From positions 1,376,001 to 1,440,000 of the forward strand of contig OY970325.1 in assembly GCA_963717145.1 (NCBI GenBank): DNA of 64,000 bases, read 5' to 3'. This stretch comes from an uncultured Armatimonadetes bacterium. Lineage in GTDB: Bacteria > Armatimonadota > UBA5829 > DTJY01. Each line of letters starts with the position of its first letter. Positions within the stretch are counted from its first letter, which is position 1. Shown here piece by piece: positions 21,129-31,604 of this stretch. The translations under genes and the position numbers were made by a program. The notes below the pieces were generated by a model that was given only the letters and a program-made list of their open reading frames with translations, had not been told where the DNA came from and ran no database searches.

Positions 21129-22237
21129 ATGCCCAGTACGAGATTGTCTCTATGGATGGCCTCGTCAAAGTCCTTATGTCCAAGGATATCCACTATGTCC
21201 GAACTGCGCTTGCCCTTGATCTTTTCGATTTCATCCGCACTATAGTTGACGAGTCCGCGGGCGAATTGGTTTCCTTGTTGGTCCAAAACCTTCACCAGAT
21301 CGCCGCTCGAGAAGCCGCCCGATACGTCGGTGATCCCCGCCGCGAGCAGGCTCTTGCCGCCCCCACAGATCATCTCCCTCGCGCCGTCGTTCACCGTGAT
21401 ACTGCCGCGCACACTTGCACCGAATGCGATCCAGCGCTTCCTGCTCCGAAGGCGCTCGGCCACCGGCAGGAACTTCGTGCCGATCTGCTTCCCCGCCACG
21501 ATATCGGCAAGGACGTTCGGACGCCTTCCGTCGGCGATCACCATGGTGACGCCCGAGTTCACCGCAACCTCCGCCGCCTCGATCTTCGTCCGCATGCCGC
21601 CGGTCCCGGTCACTCCGTGCGTCCCGCCTGCCAATTCCCGGATCGCGGACGTCATCTTCTTGACGACAGGGATGACATTCGCCGACTCGCAGTGTTCCGG
21701 ATCGGCGTCGCACAGGCCCGGTACGTCCGAGAGAATGATGAGCCAGCCCGACTGCAGGGATGACGCAACCAGCGCCGCGAGGTTATCGTTGTCCCCCACC
21801 CTGATCTCATCGACGGCCACCGTGTCGTTCTCGTTGACGATCGGCACGGCGCCGTGATGCAGGAGGGTGAGCATGGTGTTCCGGGCGTTGAGGTAGCGCT
21901 TGCGATGGCCGAAGTCTTCCTTGGTCAGCAGTACCTGGCCTACGGTGATCTTGTGGCCGGCGAAAAGATCGGCGTACATCTGCATCAGGAGTCCCTGGCC
22001 GATGGCGGCGGCGGCCTGCTTCTCGGGGATGGTGCGCGGACGGGACTTCATCTCCATGCGCTCCATCCCTGCGCGGATGGAGCCGGAACTGACGAGCACG
22101 ACCTCGTAGTCCTTCGCCTTCAGATCGGCGATCTGCTACGTAAGTGACGCGAAGTACGCTGGGTCGAGGCATCCGTTACTGTCGGTCAAGGTGCTCGACC
22201 CGACCTTAATGACTATTCGTCTGAGTCGTCTAGGCAT
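21125..22237 (-). pseudogene. proB: Glutamate 5-kinase with an in-frame TAG at codon 34
   Basis: IVIKVGSS N-terminus in frame with VLVSSG, NENDTV, GDNDNL and PUA domain; TAG at 22136-22138. Confidence 0.85.
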
Positions 22238-22252
22238 GTGGATAGGGTGTCA

Positions 22253-22352
22253 GGTGTCACCCCTCGCCGCGTTCGTGCAGGAGTTGAACTCCTGCACGCT
22301 GTACTGACATGCAGGAGTTCAACTCCTGCACGAACGCGGCGGGGGGGACACC
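22253..22352. repeat. Nested palindrome with two TGCAGGAGTT(G/C)AACTCCTGCA units
   Basis: Inverted arms between obgE and proB; related to 56510-56613. Confidence 0.85.
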
Positions 22353-22372
22353 AAATACCCTTAAACCTCAGG

Positions 22373-23674
22373 TCATTCTACCTCATCCTCAGACGCGTAG
22401 TCAAACTCGGTCGCTCCTATCGTCACCGTGTCACCGTTCTCCACGCCCAGTTCCTCGAGCTTCTTCAGGACGCCCAGGCGCTCGAGCTTCCGGTGAAGAC
22501 GGCGGACAGCCTCGTCATTGTCGAGTTTCGACATCGCCACGGTCCGAGCGATGCCTTTGCCCTCCACGACGAATTCGTGATCGCCCGCCTTCTTCACCTC
22601 GAACTTGCCTTCATCGAGCTTCTCCGGCGTGATCAGAACGACTTCATCCGCCTCGGCGGGTTCCGGTGCGAGCGCGTCGAGTCGAAGCAGTTCTTCGCCG
22701 AGGAAGTTGATCAGCGGCTGCACACCTTCACCGGTCGCTGCCGAGATCCGGAAGACCTTCAGTCCGCGATCCTCGAGAGCCTTCTTGAGGGGCTCAGCGA
22801 TCTCCAGTGCCCCGGACACATCGATCTTGTTGAGAGCCCCGACCTGCGGGAGTCTCGACAGTTTCGCGCTGTAGAGATCGAGTTCGCGGTTGATGGCATC
22901 GAAATCGTCGGCCGCATCGCGATTCGTGAATCCGGAGACATCGATGATGTGGACCAGAAGCCGCGTGCGCTCGATGTGGCGAAGGAAACGGTCACCGAGG
23001 CCCGCACCGGCATGCGCTCCCTCGATCAGCCCGGGGATGTCGGCCATGACGAACGAACGGTACTCACCGAGCCGCACGACTCCGAGGTTCGGCACGAGGG
23101 TCGTGAACGGGTAGTCGGCAATCTTGGGGCGGGCGGCGGATACCTGGGCGATCAGCGTGGACTTGCCCACATTGGGGAAGCCGATAAGTCCTACGTCAGC
23201 GAGAAGCTTCAACTCGAGTCGCAGGTTGCGCTCTTCTCCCGGCTCACCATTCTCGGCAATCCGGGGAGTCTGCGCCGTAGGGGTCGCGAAGTGTTGATTC
23301 CCTCGTCCACCTCGGCCTCCCTTCGCGATGACAAAGGGCTGATCCGCGGCCATCAGATCGGCGATCAGTTCGCCGTCATCGGCGTCGTAGACCTGCGTCC
23401 CGACCGGAACTCTGAGGACGAGGTCCTCGCCGTTCCTGCCGCTCATGTTCTTGATGCCGCCGTCGACGCCCTTTTCCGCTTTGTAGTTGCGCTTGTACCG
23501 GAAGTCGATGAGCGTCGTCAGGCGGGCGTCAGGAAGCAGCACAACGTCGCCGCCCTTGCCCCCGTCGCCGCCGGAAGGGCCGCCTCGGGGGACGAACTTC
23601 TCCCGTCGGAAGGCGATGATGCCGTTTCCTCCCGATCCTGACTTGACGCTGATTTCGACTTCGTCGACGAACAT
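22373..23674 (-). CDS. obgE: GTPase ObgE/CgtA
   Basis: FRREKFVPRGGP, GFPNVGKS, DYPFTT and DIPG motifs. Confidence 0.98.
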   Translation of the reverse strand: MFVDEVEISVKSGSGGNGIIAFRREKFVPRGGPSGGDGGKGGDVVLLPDARLTTLIDFRYKRNYKAEKGVDGGIKNMSGRNGEDLVLRVPVGTQVYDADDGELIADLMAADQPFVIAKGGRGGRGNQHFATPTAQTPRIAENGEPGEERNLRLELKLLADVGLIGFPNVGKSTLIAQVSAARPKIADYPFTTLVPNLGVVRLGEYRSFVMADIPGLIEGAHAGAGLGDRFLRHIERTRLLVHIIDVSGFTNRDAADDFDAINRELDLYSAKLSRLPQVGALNKIDVSGALEIAEPLKKALEDRGLKVFRISAATGEGVQPLINFLGEELLRLDALAPEPAEADEVVLITPEKLDEGKFEVKKAGDHEFVVEGKGIARTVAMSKLDNDEAVRRLHRKLERLGVLKKLEELGVENGDTVTIGATEFDYASEDEVE

Positions 23675-23699
23675 GGCTACCTCGGAGTGCGGGTCATCG

Positions 23700-23796
23700 C
23701 ATGTAGTGGCCGTGCCTCTGTGCCGGCCTTGGGCCGTCCGACGGGTCGATCTGCTCGGCAGGCGGATGGCCGGCGCAGAGGCACGGCCACTACATG
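23700..23796. repeat. REP doublet (GTAGTGGCCGTGCC class)
   Basis: Inverted pair; same class as 7909-8004. Confidence 0.85.
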
Positions 23797-23865
23797 ATCA
23801 ACCCCAGAAACACGAAGGGCTCGATCATCGCAACGGACAATCGAGCCCCGGTGGAAAAGTAATAC

Positions 23866-24120
23866 TCACTCAGCAGCCGGATAAACGCTGCATTTCCTGA
23901 TCTTCTTGCCCTCGAACTTCACAACGCCGGCGATGAGCGAATAGAGAGTGTCATCATTGCCTCTACCCACATTGTTGCCCGGATGGATCGGGGTGCCGCG
24001 CTGTCGGACGAGAATGCTCCCAGCCTTGACGGTCTCGCCGCCGTACTCCTTGACTCCGAGTCTCTGCGCATTGCTGTCTCGTCCGTTGCGAGAGCTTCCT
24101 ACACCTTTTTTATGTGCCAA
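23866..24120 (-). CDS. rpmA: 50S ribosomal protein L27
   Basis: [16 protein letters not shown] signature. Confidence 0.99.
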   Translation of the reverse strand: MAHKKGVGSSRNGRDSNAQRLGVKEYGGETVKAGSILVRQRGTPIHPGNNVGRGNDDTLYSLIAGVVKFEGKKIRKCSVYPAAE

Positions 24121-24144
24121 TCTGATTCACCTCCAGAAAAACTG

Positions 24145-24462
24145 CTAAGCCGCGTACTCGATCTTCTCGATCTGAAGCTTCGTGAGCGGCTGTCGATGTC
24201 CATAGCGCCCACGGACATTCTTCTTCGCCTTGTACGTGAAGCCGATTATCTTCTTCCCGAGATCGTGGCGGAGCACCTTGGCCGTTACCTTGGCGCCTTC
24301 GACGATCGGAGCACCGATCACGGCGCCTTTGTCACTGCTGATGAACAACACGCTCGCCAGCTCGACCTGGTCGCCCGCCGGGACGTCGAGTTTCTCGACC
24401 TCGAGGACATCGTTCTCTCGAACGGTATACTGCTTTCCGCCGGTTTTGATGATGGCATACAT
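24145..24462 (-). CDS. rplU: 50S ribosomal protein L21
   Basis: [12 protein letters not shown]...GHRQ signature. Confidence 0.99.
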   Translation of the reverse strand: MYAIIKTGGKQYTVRENDVLEVEKLDVPAGDQVELASVLFISSDKGAVIGAPIVEGAKVTAKVLRHDLGKKIIGFTYKAKKNVRGRYGHRQPLTKLQIEKIEYAA

Positions 24463-24577
24463 TCTATGGAGTTCCTTTCAAGGGCCGGACGACCGGCGAC
24501 AGACATTCATGATCCTTCTGAAAAACCTACGCATGTTACCACTGTTCGGAGCACTTTGTCAAGCTTTCGATGCGCCG

Positions 24578-26077
24578 GAAAGAGTTCACGATCGTTGATA
24601 GTGAAGTTTGTCAGGCTGGATCGGTCGCGGGTGTCTGAGGAACGCCCATGAGCATCCGCCGGCATGACTCCATCGCATCTTCACCACGCAAGTGCCAGGT
24701 CCCGAATAGACTCATCAGCGCCATGCGGGTCTCAGATCCCTTGGCCGACCGTGTGCCGCCGCTGATCTTGCGAGCCGTTACCGCAGGCCGGATCGCTCGC
24801 TCGGCCGCGTTGTTCTCGCTTGGTACTTCCGGACATTCTACGAAGACAAACAGCTCCGGCAGGAATCTCTCGATCCGCTCAGCGAGTATCCTCTGCGGAA
24901 CATCCCGCTTCACATATGGTCTGGCGAGTCGAAGCAACTCTTCCTCGAATGCGATCCGCTGCTCGTGCCGAGCCTTCGACTCCTCGTTCGAATATCTCTT
25001 CGCGCGTCTGTAAACGGCCTTGACCTTGCCGACCCAGACTGCTACCCCTCTCTTGTCAGGGTTCGCCTCGACGAGCGTTCGCAAGTCCCGCAGGTAGTGC
25101 ACCCAGCACCGCTGATGCCGCCCCAAGAGCACGTTGTAACCGCAGTAGAAGTCGCTTACGACTACACCGCCGTAGTCCTCTCCCAGCACATCCTTTGCGA
25201 CCTCTCCGCTCCGACTCTTGTCTCGGATGAAGTAGCGCACGCGTGGCGTCGAGAAGCTCCAGATGTATCCGTTCCTCCCGTCTTCCCGCCAGCCGGTCTC
25301 ATCCGCGTTCACCGCAGGGCTTCCCCGCACCGCATGAAGAAGCTTCTCTACCTCCGACTTCCCCATGGATGCTACCGTATGTAGTATCTTTGTGATCTCT
25401 CCGCGCCCGAGATGCAGACCGTAGAGTGATTCCAGAAGCTTCTGCACACGCTCGACCGGCATTCTACCGACCGTGTGGAGATAGCTCACCAGGCTCATCA
25501 GCCGGATGCCCACCCGGTGTGTCCCGACCACCTCTTCGGAGAGGTCGAGCTTCGGCACGTGTATCTTGTGGCAGACTCCGCAGTACCGTCCGATCACCAG
25601 GTGCTCGATGATCCTGACCGGCATCACCGGTATCTCGATCACCTGCCGGCTGTGATGCATCGTGCCGCCGGAGAGCTTCCTGCCGCAGTCGGGACAGGTG
25701 TCGAGCGCGTGCTCCACGATCTCCGTGGGGGTCTCCCTCAAGCGGGCAAACGACTTCTGCCGCTTCTTGCGATCCTTCTTCTTGCGCTCGGGCCGGTTTG
25801 CCTTCACAAAGGCAGGTATCGTCCTGCCGCCGCCACCGAGCTTGGACCGGAGTTCTTCATTCTCCTTCTCAAGCGCTCGGACGCGTTCGGTCAGGGTGTC
25901 TACACCTTCACGCAACTCCAGGACGGCCTGATGCTGCTCTCGGATCGCCTGGTGCTGCTCCAAGACGATGCCGATCAGTTCTTCTCTTGATAGGTTGCCG
26001 AGATCGTTCACAACCTACCATTCGACAGCCGATCCTGGGGTACCTTCCTCAGATTATCAATGATCGTGAACTCTTAC
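24578..26077 (-). mobile_element. IS66-family insertion sequence, single-ORF type, 1500 bp
   Basis: Terminal IRs GAAAGAGTTCACGATCGTTGATA / GTAAGAGTTCACGATCATTGATA (21/23); 8-bp flanks ATGCGCCG/CTGCGCCG. Confidence 0.92.
24611..26011 (-). CDS. IS66 DDE transposase
   Basis: Leucine zipper, CPDCG zinc finger, ADETGW, SDFY, QRCWVH and NNAAER motifs. Confidence 0.95.
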   Translation of the reverse strand: MNDLGNLSREELIGIVLEQHQAIREQHQAVLELREGVDTLTERVRALEKENEELRSKLGGGGRTIPAFVKANRPERKKKDRKKRQKSFARLRETPTEIVEHALDTCPDCGRKLSGGTMHHSRQVIEIPVMPVRIIEHLVIGRYCGVCHKIHVPKLDLSEEVVGTHRVGIRLMSLVSYLHTVGRMPVERVQKLLESLYGLHLGRGEITKILHTVASMGKSEVEKLLHAVRGSPAVNADETGWREDGRNGYIWSFSTPRVRYFIRDKSRSGEVAKDVLGEDYGGVVVSDFYCGYNVLLGRHQRCWVHYLRDLRTLVEANPDKRGVAVWVGKVKAVYRRAKRYSNEESKARHEQRIAFEEELLRLARPYVKRDVPQRILAERIERFLPELFVFVECPEVPSENNAAERAIRPAVTARKISGGTRSAKGSETRMALMSLFGTWHLRGEDAMESCRRMLMGVPQTPATDPA

Positions 26078-26356
26078 CTGCGCCGACTGCCCGCATACGC
26101 CGAAAGACGCCTTGGTTCTACCCGCTAACATGTCATTGTACCACAAATTCCATCGCTCAATGAGTTTCCATTCTGGCTTGCTGGGTATATACCATTGAAG
26201 GAAAACGGAAAGTCGTCTACCCCACTGTCGGATGGCACATGCTCGTCATCCGACATGGCGATAACCGACTGTTTCCTGACGCGTTCGCGTCAGGATTCCG
26301 GAGCACCCCACGGACGGGCCGCAAGACTCATCGCTGAATCACTTCAGGAGTCGCTG

Positions 26357-27652
26357 GTGGCATCCGTGAGGATATCTGCAATCATCCATGGAGCGATACT
26401 CGTGCTGGCAGCAATGTGTCTGCCGGTTTCGGCCGTATATTCCGCTCCTGACTCAGTTCCGCCCTCATACGCCGCCATCGACCGACACGCACTCAAGGCG
26501 CCGGCATCGGCCGAATCCTCGGTCGAGAGCCTCGCCGCCTACCTCACTTCCGACGCGAAGACCGACATCGAGAAAGCCCGCGCGATCTTCCGCTGGATCA
26601 CCGCGAGGATTCACTTCGACCCATCCGCTCTGGAGGACGCCGCCGTGCAGGAGATCGATGCCGATCAGGTGCTGAAGACGAGGCGGACGGCGTGCATGGG
26701 CTACTCCGAGATCTTTTACGTCCTCGGTCGGGCAGCGGGACTGGAGGTCGAGAGGATCGCCGGACTTGCGAGGGGCTGCAGTATCACGAACAACTCCCTC
26801 TGCAACAGCCCGCCGAACCACGAATGGAATGCGGTCAAGATCGACGGTAAGTGGATGCTGCTCGACTGCACCTGGAGCACCGGATACATGGAGTCGAGCA
26901 CCAGGTTCGTCAAGCGGTACGACGATTTCTACTTCTGCACGCCGCCCGAGCAGTTCATCTTCGACCACTTCCCCATCGACCCGGACTGGCAGTTCCTCCC
27001 GAAGCCGATATCGTGCCGGGAGTACGATCAACTCGTCACCCTGCAGCCGGAGTTCTTCAAGCGTGGTCTCGAACTCGACACGCATCGACAATCGAGCATC
27101 GACGCGACCGGTCCGATCGAGATCGATCTGACCGCTCACCGGGATGTAGTCATGCTGGCGCGGCTGACTTGCGGCAAGGAGCAGGTCGCCGGTTCATACA
27201 CATTCGTAGAAAAGGATGGCGACCGGATGAAAGTGGCGGTGGCCTTCCCTCATCCGGGCACTTACACGCTGCGGCTGTACGCGAGACTCGCGAATGTGGG
27301 CGAGAACCTCAAGTGGGTGGCCGACTACCAGGTGAACGTCACTTCGCTCAGCAAGCCGTGCCAATGCTTCCCGGAGAGCCTCGAGGCGTTCATCCAACAC
27401 GACGCCCGGTTGATGTCTCCTCGAGCCGGGAAACTCGAGCGAGGCACCAGTCAGCAGTTCAGGCTGATGGTACCCGGCGCGAAGGTGGTCGCGGTGATCG
27501 CCGGCAAGAAGTGGTCGTACCTGCAGCGGGACGGCGACATCTTCGAGGGAACGGTCGAAGTGACGGATGAGCCGATGCAGGTCTGCGTGAACTTCGGCAA
27601 CTCCCGCGAATACCAGGTCCTCCTCACCTACAACAAGTCGGCGACCCCGTAA
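26357..27652 (+). CDS. Secreted transglutaminase-like (KY/Cyk3-type) protein
   Basis: ARAIFRWI, CMGYS, HEWNAV...LLDCTW catalytic triad; AGGAG RBS before GTG. Confidence 0.85.
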   Translation: MASVRISAIIHGAILVLAAMCLPVSAVYSAPDSVPPSYAAIDRHALKAPASAESSVESLAAYLTSDAKTDIEKARAIFRWITARIHFDPSALEDAAVQEIDADQVLKTRRTACMGYSEIFYVLGRAAGLEVERIAGLARGCSITNNSLCNSPPNHEWNAVKIDGKWMLLDCTWSTGYMESSTRFVKRYDDFYFCTPPEQFIFDHFPIDPDWQFLPKPISCREYDQLVTLQPEFFKRGLELDTHRQSSIDATGPIEIDLTAHRDVVMLARLTCGKEQVAGSYTFVEKDGDRMKVAVAFPHPGTYTLRLYARLANVGENLKWVADYQVNVTSLSKPCQCFPESLEAFIQHDARLMSPRAGKLERGTSQQFRLMVPGAKVVAVIAGKKWSYLQRDGDIFEGTVEVTDEPMQVCVNFGNSREYQVLLTYNKSATP

Positions 27653-27733
27653 GGTTAACACGAAGGACACTCCCCCACTCACGGCTAAGAGTTATGCGGT
27701 GTAACTCATCCAGACATATATTAGGGAGAAGCC

Positions 27734-30700
27734 GTGAGTAAAGACAACCCCATGCTTCACGAAAAGACCGAAGACCTGCTGCTCCAGAAGTGCAAGCAGC
27801 GACACAACGAGTTCGGTCAGTACCGTTACTGGTCTCCGCGCACGATCCCCGGCATCCGATACCGCGAGACGACCGCCTACGAGAAGATCGACGACGCACT
27901 GAAGGCTCAGGGCTGGCAGGACATCGCGATCGGCGACGAATGGGCCGGCGACGGTCAGTTCGCCTGGTTCCGCCTCCAGTTCGCCGTCCCGAAGGAATTC
28001 GACGGCAAGACGCTGGTCGCGATCCTCAAGTTCGGCCAGGGTGGATGGAACGGCGGCGAGGGCTGCCTCTTCATCGACGGCGTCCCGTACCAGGGGATCG
28101 ACGCCAATCACACCGATGTCGTGCTCGCGAAGAAGGCGAAGGCGGGCCAGAGGTACGACCTCGTGGTCGAGTGCGTCTCGACGCCGGTCTGGCAGAACCA
28201 GCGCCACAAGATCAAGCTCGAGCAGGCCGACATCGCCGCGCTGAACTACGACGTCCAGGACTACTGGTACGACCTCGGATTCATGACGAACATCGCCGAG
28301 CACCTCCCCTGGGGTAACCGACGCCGCGCGACGATCATCCGGACCGCCAACAAGAGCGTCGATGCCTTCGACTTCGAGGCCGCCGGCTTCGATGGTCTGG
28401 CATCAACGGCGAAGAACGCCCGAAAGATCATCGCCCCGCTCTATAAGAAGCCCGCCGACGCCAGCGCGATGGAGTTCGCGTGCGGCGGCCACTCCCACAT
28501 CGATGTCGCATGGTTGTGGCCCTACGCCGAGTCCGTGCGGAAGTGTTCCCGCACCTTCTCGACGGTCGATCGCCTGATGGACGAGTATCCCGACTACCTG
28601 TTCACGCAGAGCCAGGCGCAGCTTTACGAGTTCACGCAGGAGCACTACCCCGACCTCTACGAGCGCATCAAGAAGCGCGTGAAGGAGCGCCGCTTCGAGC
28701 CCCAGGGGAGCATGTGGGTCGAGGCCGACTGCAACGTCACCTCGGGCGAGTCGCTTGTCCGGCAGATCCTCCTCGGCAAAACACTGTTCATGGATGAGTT
28801 CGGTATCGAGACCGACATCCTCTGGCTGCCGGACGTATTCGGGTACAGCGCGGCTCTCCCCCAAATCCTGAAGAAGTCGGGCGTCGACTACTTCACGACG
28901 ATCAAGATAAGCTGGAGCCAGTTCAACAAGTTCCCATACTCCAGCTTCTGGTGGGAGGGCATCGACGGAACGCGCGTGCTCGCCCACTTCCCGCCGAGCA
29001 ACGATTACAACGCGCGCATCAACGCGAATCAACTCCTCCCCGCCGCCGAGAACTACCGCGAGAAGGACCGCTCGGACATCGCGCTTTACTCCTACGGCTA
29101 CGGCGATGGAGGCGGAGGACCGACCAGAGAGCATCTCGAGCACCTGAAGCGGGCCCGGGACCTGGAGGGCATCCCCAAGTGCACGCCGATGTGGGCCGCC
29201 GACTTCTTCAAGCAGCTCGTCAAGCGGTCTGAGGACCTGCCATCCTGGGTCGGCGAGCTCTACCTCGAATACCATCGGGGCACGTACACCACTCAGTCGC
29301 GGAACAAGCGCGCGAACCGGAAGTCGGAGCTGCTCCTCCGGGACGCTGAGATGGCGGCCGGCCTCGCGTGGATGACGAAAGGGTTGAAGTACCCGCACGA
29401 CAGCATCACACGCGCGTGGAAGCTCGTCTGCAAGAACCAGTTCCACGATGTCATCCCCGGCACGTCGGTCACCGATGTCTACAAGGACACGGCGCTCGAC
29501 TACAAGGAGATCGCAGGGATCGGGGCGGCGGCTCGAACCGCCGGGCTCGATAAGCTCGCGTCGCCCGTAGGGGAGGCCTTCAACGGCCTCCCGCATGGGC
29601 GGGTGTCCGTAGGGGAGGCCTTCAACGGCCTCCCGCCGGAAGGATTGGGCGTCGCAGACGGGAGGCCGTTGAAGGCCTCCCCTACGGGCGCTCCGTCGGA
29701 CGGCCAGACCATCATGCTGTTCAACAGCCTCTCGTGGGACCGCATCGATCCCGCCAAGGTATCGCTTCCCGGCAAGGCATCCGGCTGGCACGTCGAGACT
29801 CACGACGGAGAGCCCGTGCCGTCGCAGGCATCGAAGAAGGACCCCTCCGTCCTCTGGTTCGAGCCGCAAGTCCCCGGCATCGGCATCGGCGCACTCAAGC
29901 TGGTGAAGGGCGCAGGGAAGGCCGTGTCAGAGATCAAGGTGTCGGAGAGCGGCATCGAGAACTCGTTCTACAAGATCAAGCTCGACAAGAGCGGCCTCAT
30001 CACCTCGATCCTCGATAAACGATCGAAGCGCGAGGTCCTCCCTCAGGGTGAGAAGGCCAACAAGCTCCAGCTCTTCGAGGACAAGCCCATATCGTGGGAT
30101 GCGTGGGACATCGAGTTCTACTACCGCGACAAGGGCCGCGACCTCACCGACGTGCCCGTAGGGGAGGCCTTCAACGGCCTCCCATCCTCCGGGGGGATCG
30201 ATGCTCGCGCGTCCGGGAGGCCGTTGAAGGCCTCCCCTACGGAGATCAAGGTCGAGGACGCCGGGCCGGTGCGCGGCTCGCTCAAGATCAGGCGCAAGTT
30301 CGGCTCGTCCGAGATCGAGCAGCGGATCGTCCTCTGGGCGGCAAGCCCGCGCATCGACTTCGAGACCCGCGTCGATTGGCACGAGACGAAGAAGATGCTC
30401 AAGGTGGCGTTCCCCGTAGACGTGCATGCGAGCCATGCGCGATTCGACATCCAGTTCGGAAGCGTCGACCGCCCGACCCACTGGAACACGAGTTGGGACT
30501 TCGCGCGGCTGGAGGTCGCCGCCCAGAAATGGGTCGATATGTCGCAGGCCGACCATGGCGTCAGCCTCCTGAACGACTGCAAGTACGGCCACGACGTGCA
30601 CGAGAACGTCATGCGCCTGACGCTCCTCCGCTCGCCGAAGGAGCCCGACCCGACCGCGGACATGGGCGAGCACTTCTTCACCTACTCCCTGCTCCCCCAC

Positions 30701-31180
30701 GAGGGCGACTGGCGCGACTCCGAGACCGTCCGCCGCGCCTACGAGCTGAACGTCCCGACCGTGGCCTGGCTTTCGGACGTAACCCCCCCCAGCCCCCCCG
30801 CAACGGAGGGGAGTGGAGAGGGATCCGGAGCGAGAGTGGGCGCGTCAGGGAGCAAAGGTCAGGCGTCGGCACGAGGTAAACTCCCCTCCGTTGCGGGGGG
30901 GCTGGGGGGGGTTACGGGCAACCGCCTCCTCAGCGTGGATGCGCCGAACGTGATCATCGAGACCGTGAAGAAGGCCGAGAAGGAGGACGCGCTCGTCGTG
31001 CGCATGTACGAGTGCGCGGGGATGGATGCCGCCTTCCGCCTCGAAGCGGGGTTCAAGGTCGCACACGCCGTCGAGTGCGATCTCCTGGAGCGCGACCTGG
31101 CAGCCCTGAAGCTCGAGGGGAACTGCCTCCCGCTCTCGATGAAGCCGTTCGAGATCAAGACAGTGAAGCTGAGAGCATAG
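27734..31180 (+). CDS. Alpha-mannosidase, GH38, with three in-frame palindromic insertions
   Basis: HSHIDVAWLW, WLPDVFGY, GYGDGGGGP, ELYLEYHRGTYT and NQFHD motifs. Confidence 0.95.
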   Translation: MSKDNPMLHEKTEDLLLQKCKQRHNEFGQYRYWSPRTIPGIRYRETTAYEKIDDALKAQGWQDIAIGDEWAGDGQFAWFRLQFAVPKEFDGKTLVAILKFGQGGWNGGEGCLFIDGVPYQGIDANHTDVVLAKKAKAGQRYDLVVECVSTPVWQNQRHKIKLEQADIAALNYDVQDYWYDLGFMTNIAEHLPWGNRRRATIIRTANKSVDAFDFEAAGFDGLASTAKNARKIIAPLYKKPADASAMEFACGGHSHIDVAWLWPYAESVRKCSRTFSTVDRLMDEYPDYLFTQSQAQLYEFTQEHYPDLYERIKKRVKERRFEPQGSMWVEADCNVTSGESLVRQILLGKTLFMDEFGIETDILWLPDVFGYSAALPQILKKSGVDYFTTIKISWSQFNKFPYSSFWWEGIDGTRVLAHFPPSNDYNARINANQLLPAAENYREKDRSDIALYSYGYGDGGGGPTREHLEHLKRARDLEGIPKCTPMWAADFFKQLVKRSEDLPSWVGELYLEYHRGTYTTQSRNKRANRKSELLLRDAEMAAGLAWMTKGLKYPHDSITRAWKLVCKNQFHDVIPGTSVTDVYKDTALDYKEIAGIGAAARTAGLDKLASPVGEAFNGLPHGRVSVGEAFNGLPPEGLGVADGRPLKASPTGAPSDGQTIMLFNSLSWDRIDPAKVSLPGKASGWHVETHDGEPVPSQASKKDPSVLWFEPQVPGIGIGALKLVKGAGKAVSEIKVSESGIENSFYKIKLDKSGLITSILDKRSKREVLPQGEKANKLQLFEDKPISWDAWDIEFYYRDKGRDLTDVPVGEAFNGLPSSGGIDARASGRPLKASPTEIKVEDAGPVRGSLKIRRKFGSSEIEQRIVLWAASPRIDFETRVDWHETKKMLKVAFPVDVHASHARFDIQFGSVDRPTHWNTSWDFARLEVAAQKWVDMSQADHGVSLLNDCKYGHDVHENVMRLTLLRSPKEPDPTADMGEHFFTYSLLPHEGDWRDSETVRRAYELNVPTVAWLSDVTPPSPPATEGSGEGSGARVGASGSKGQASARGKLPSVAGGLGGVTGNRLLSVDAPNVIIETVKKAEKEDALVVRMYECAGMDAAFRLEAGFKVAHAVECDLLERDLAALKLEGNCLPLSMKPFEIKTVKLRA
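29562..29690. repeat. Intragenic REP triplet (two direct, one inverted GTAGGGGAGGCCTTCAACGGCCTCCC)
   Basis: Identical 26-mers at 29567, 29609 and inverted at 29660. Confidence 0.95.
30156..30242. repeat. Intragenic REP doublet
   Basis: Same 26-mer at 30158 and inverted at 30215. Confidence 0.95.
30778..30916. repeat. Intragenic inverted repeat with C-run/G-run arms
   Basis: About 37-bp inverted arms at 30778-30814 and 30880-30916. Confidence 0.9.
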
Positions 31181-31191
31181 GAGGGTAGCAG

Positions 31192-31518
31192 ATGGGGATG
31201 AAGACTCATGATTCCCGCCTCGGCATCGCGTCCACGATCATCGCGGCGGTCGTGTCCCTTTGCATTGCCGGACTGATGGTGTTCGCGAGTCACTTCGCCG
31301 TAACGACAAGTGACCCGTCTTACGACCCTGAGCCCTATTTCCGGTTTCTGCACAGGATGCTCAACGGCATGTTCTTTCTTTCGGCCGTCGGGATAGGCGT
31401 GGGGATCGTCGGGCTGCTGCAGAAGGACACTGACCATACCTTCGCCCGAATCGGTGTTCTCGTGAATGTGTTACTCACCGGCACACTCTGGCCAACCGGT
31501 TCTAGCTGGCTCTACTAA
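31192..31518 (+). CDS. Small membrane protein, paralog of 14673-15005
   Basis: Shared motifs; GGAGGG RBS. Confidence 0.75.
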   Translation: MGMKTHDSRLGIASTIIAAVVSLCIAGLMVFASHFAVTTSDPSYDPEPYFRFLHRMLNGMFFLSAVGIGVGIVGLLQKDTDHTFARIGVLVNVLLTGTLWPTGSSWLY

Positions 31519-31529
31519 CAAGAATGCGG

Positions 31530-31592
31530 AATGGGCGGGGACACCATGCGTCCCCGCCCCATTTCGGATTTCGAGTTTCGATATTCGAGTTT
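31530..31592. terminator. GC-rich hairpin plus TTTCGAG-like heptamers between convergent genes
   Basis: GGGCGGGGAC...GTCCCCGCCC stem as at 15084. Confidence 0.6.
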
Positions 31593-31604
31593 TCCCTGGG
31601 CGGA

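Noticed and set aside
22136-22138. Genome-wide TAG recoding
   Set aside because: Many genes here end at TAG at expected lengths (thi4, rplU, GH38).
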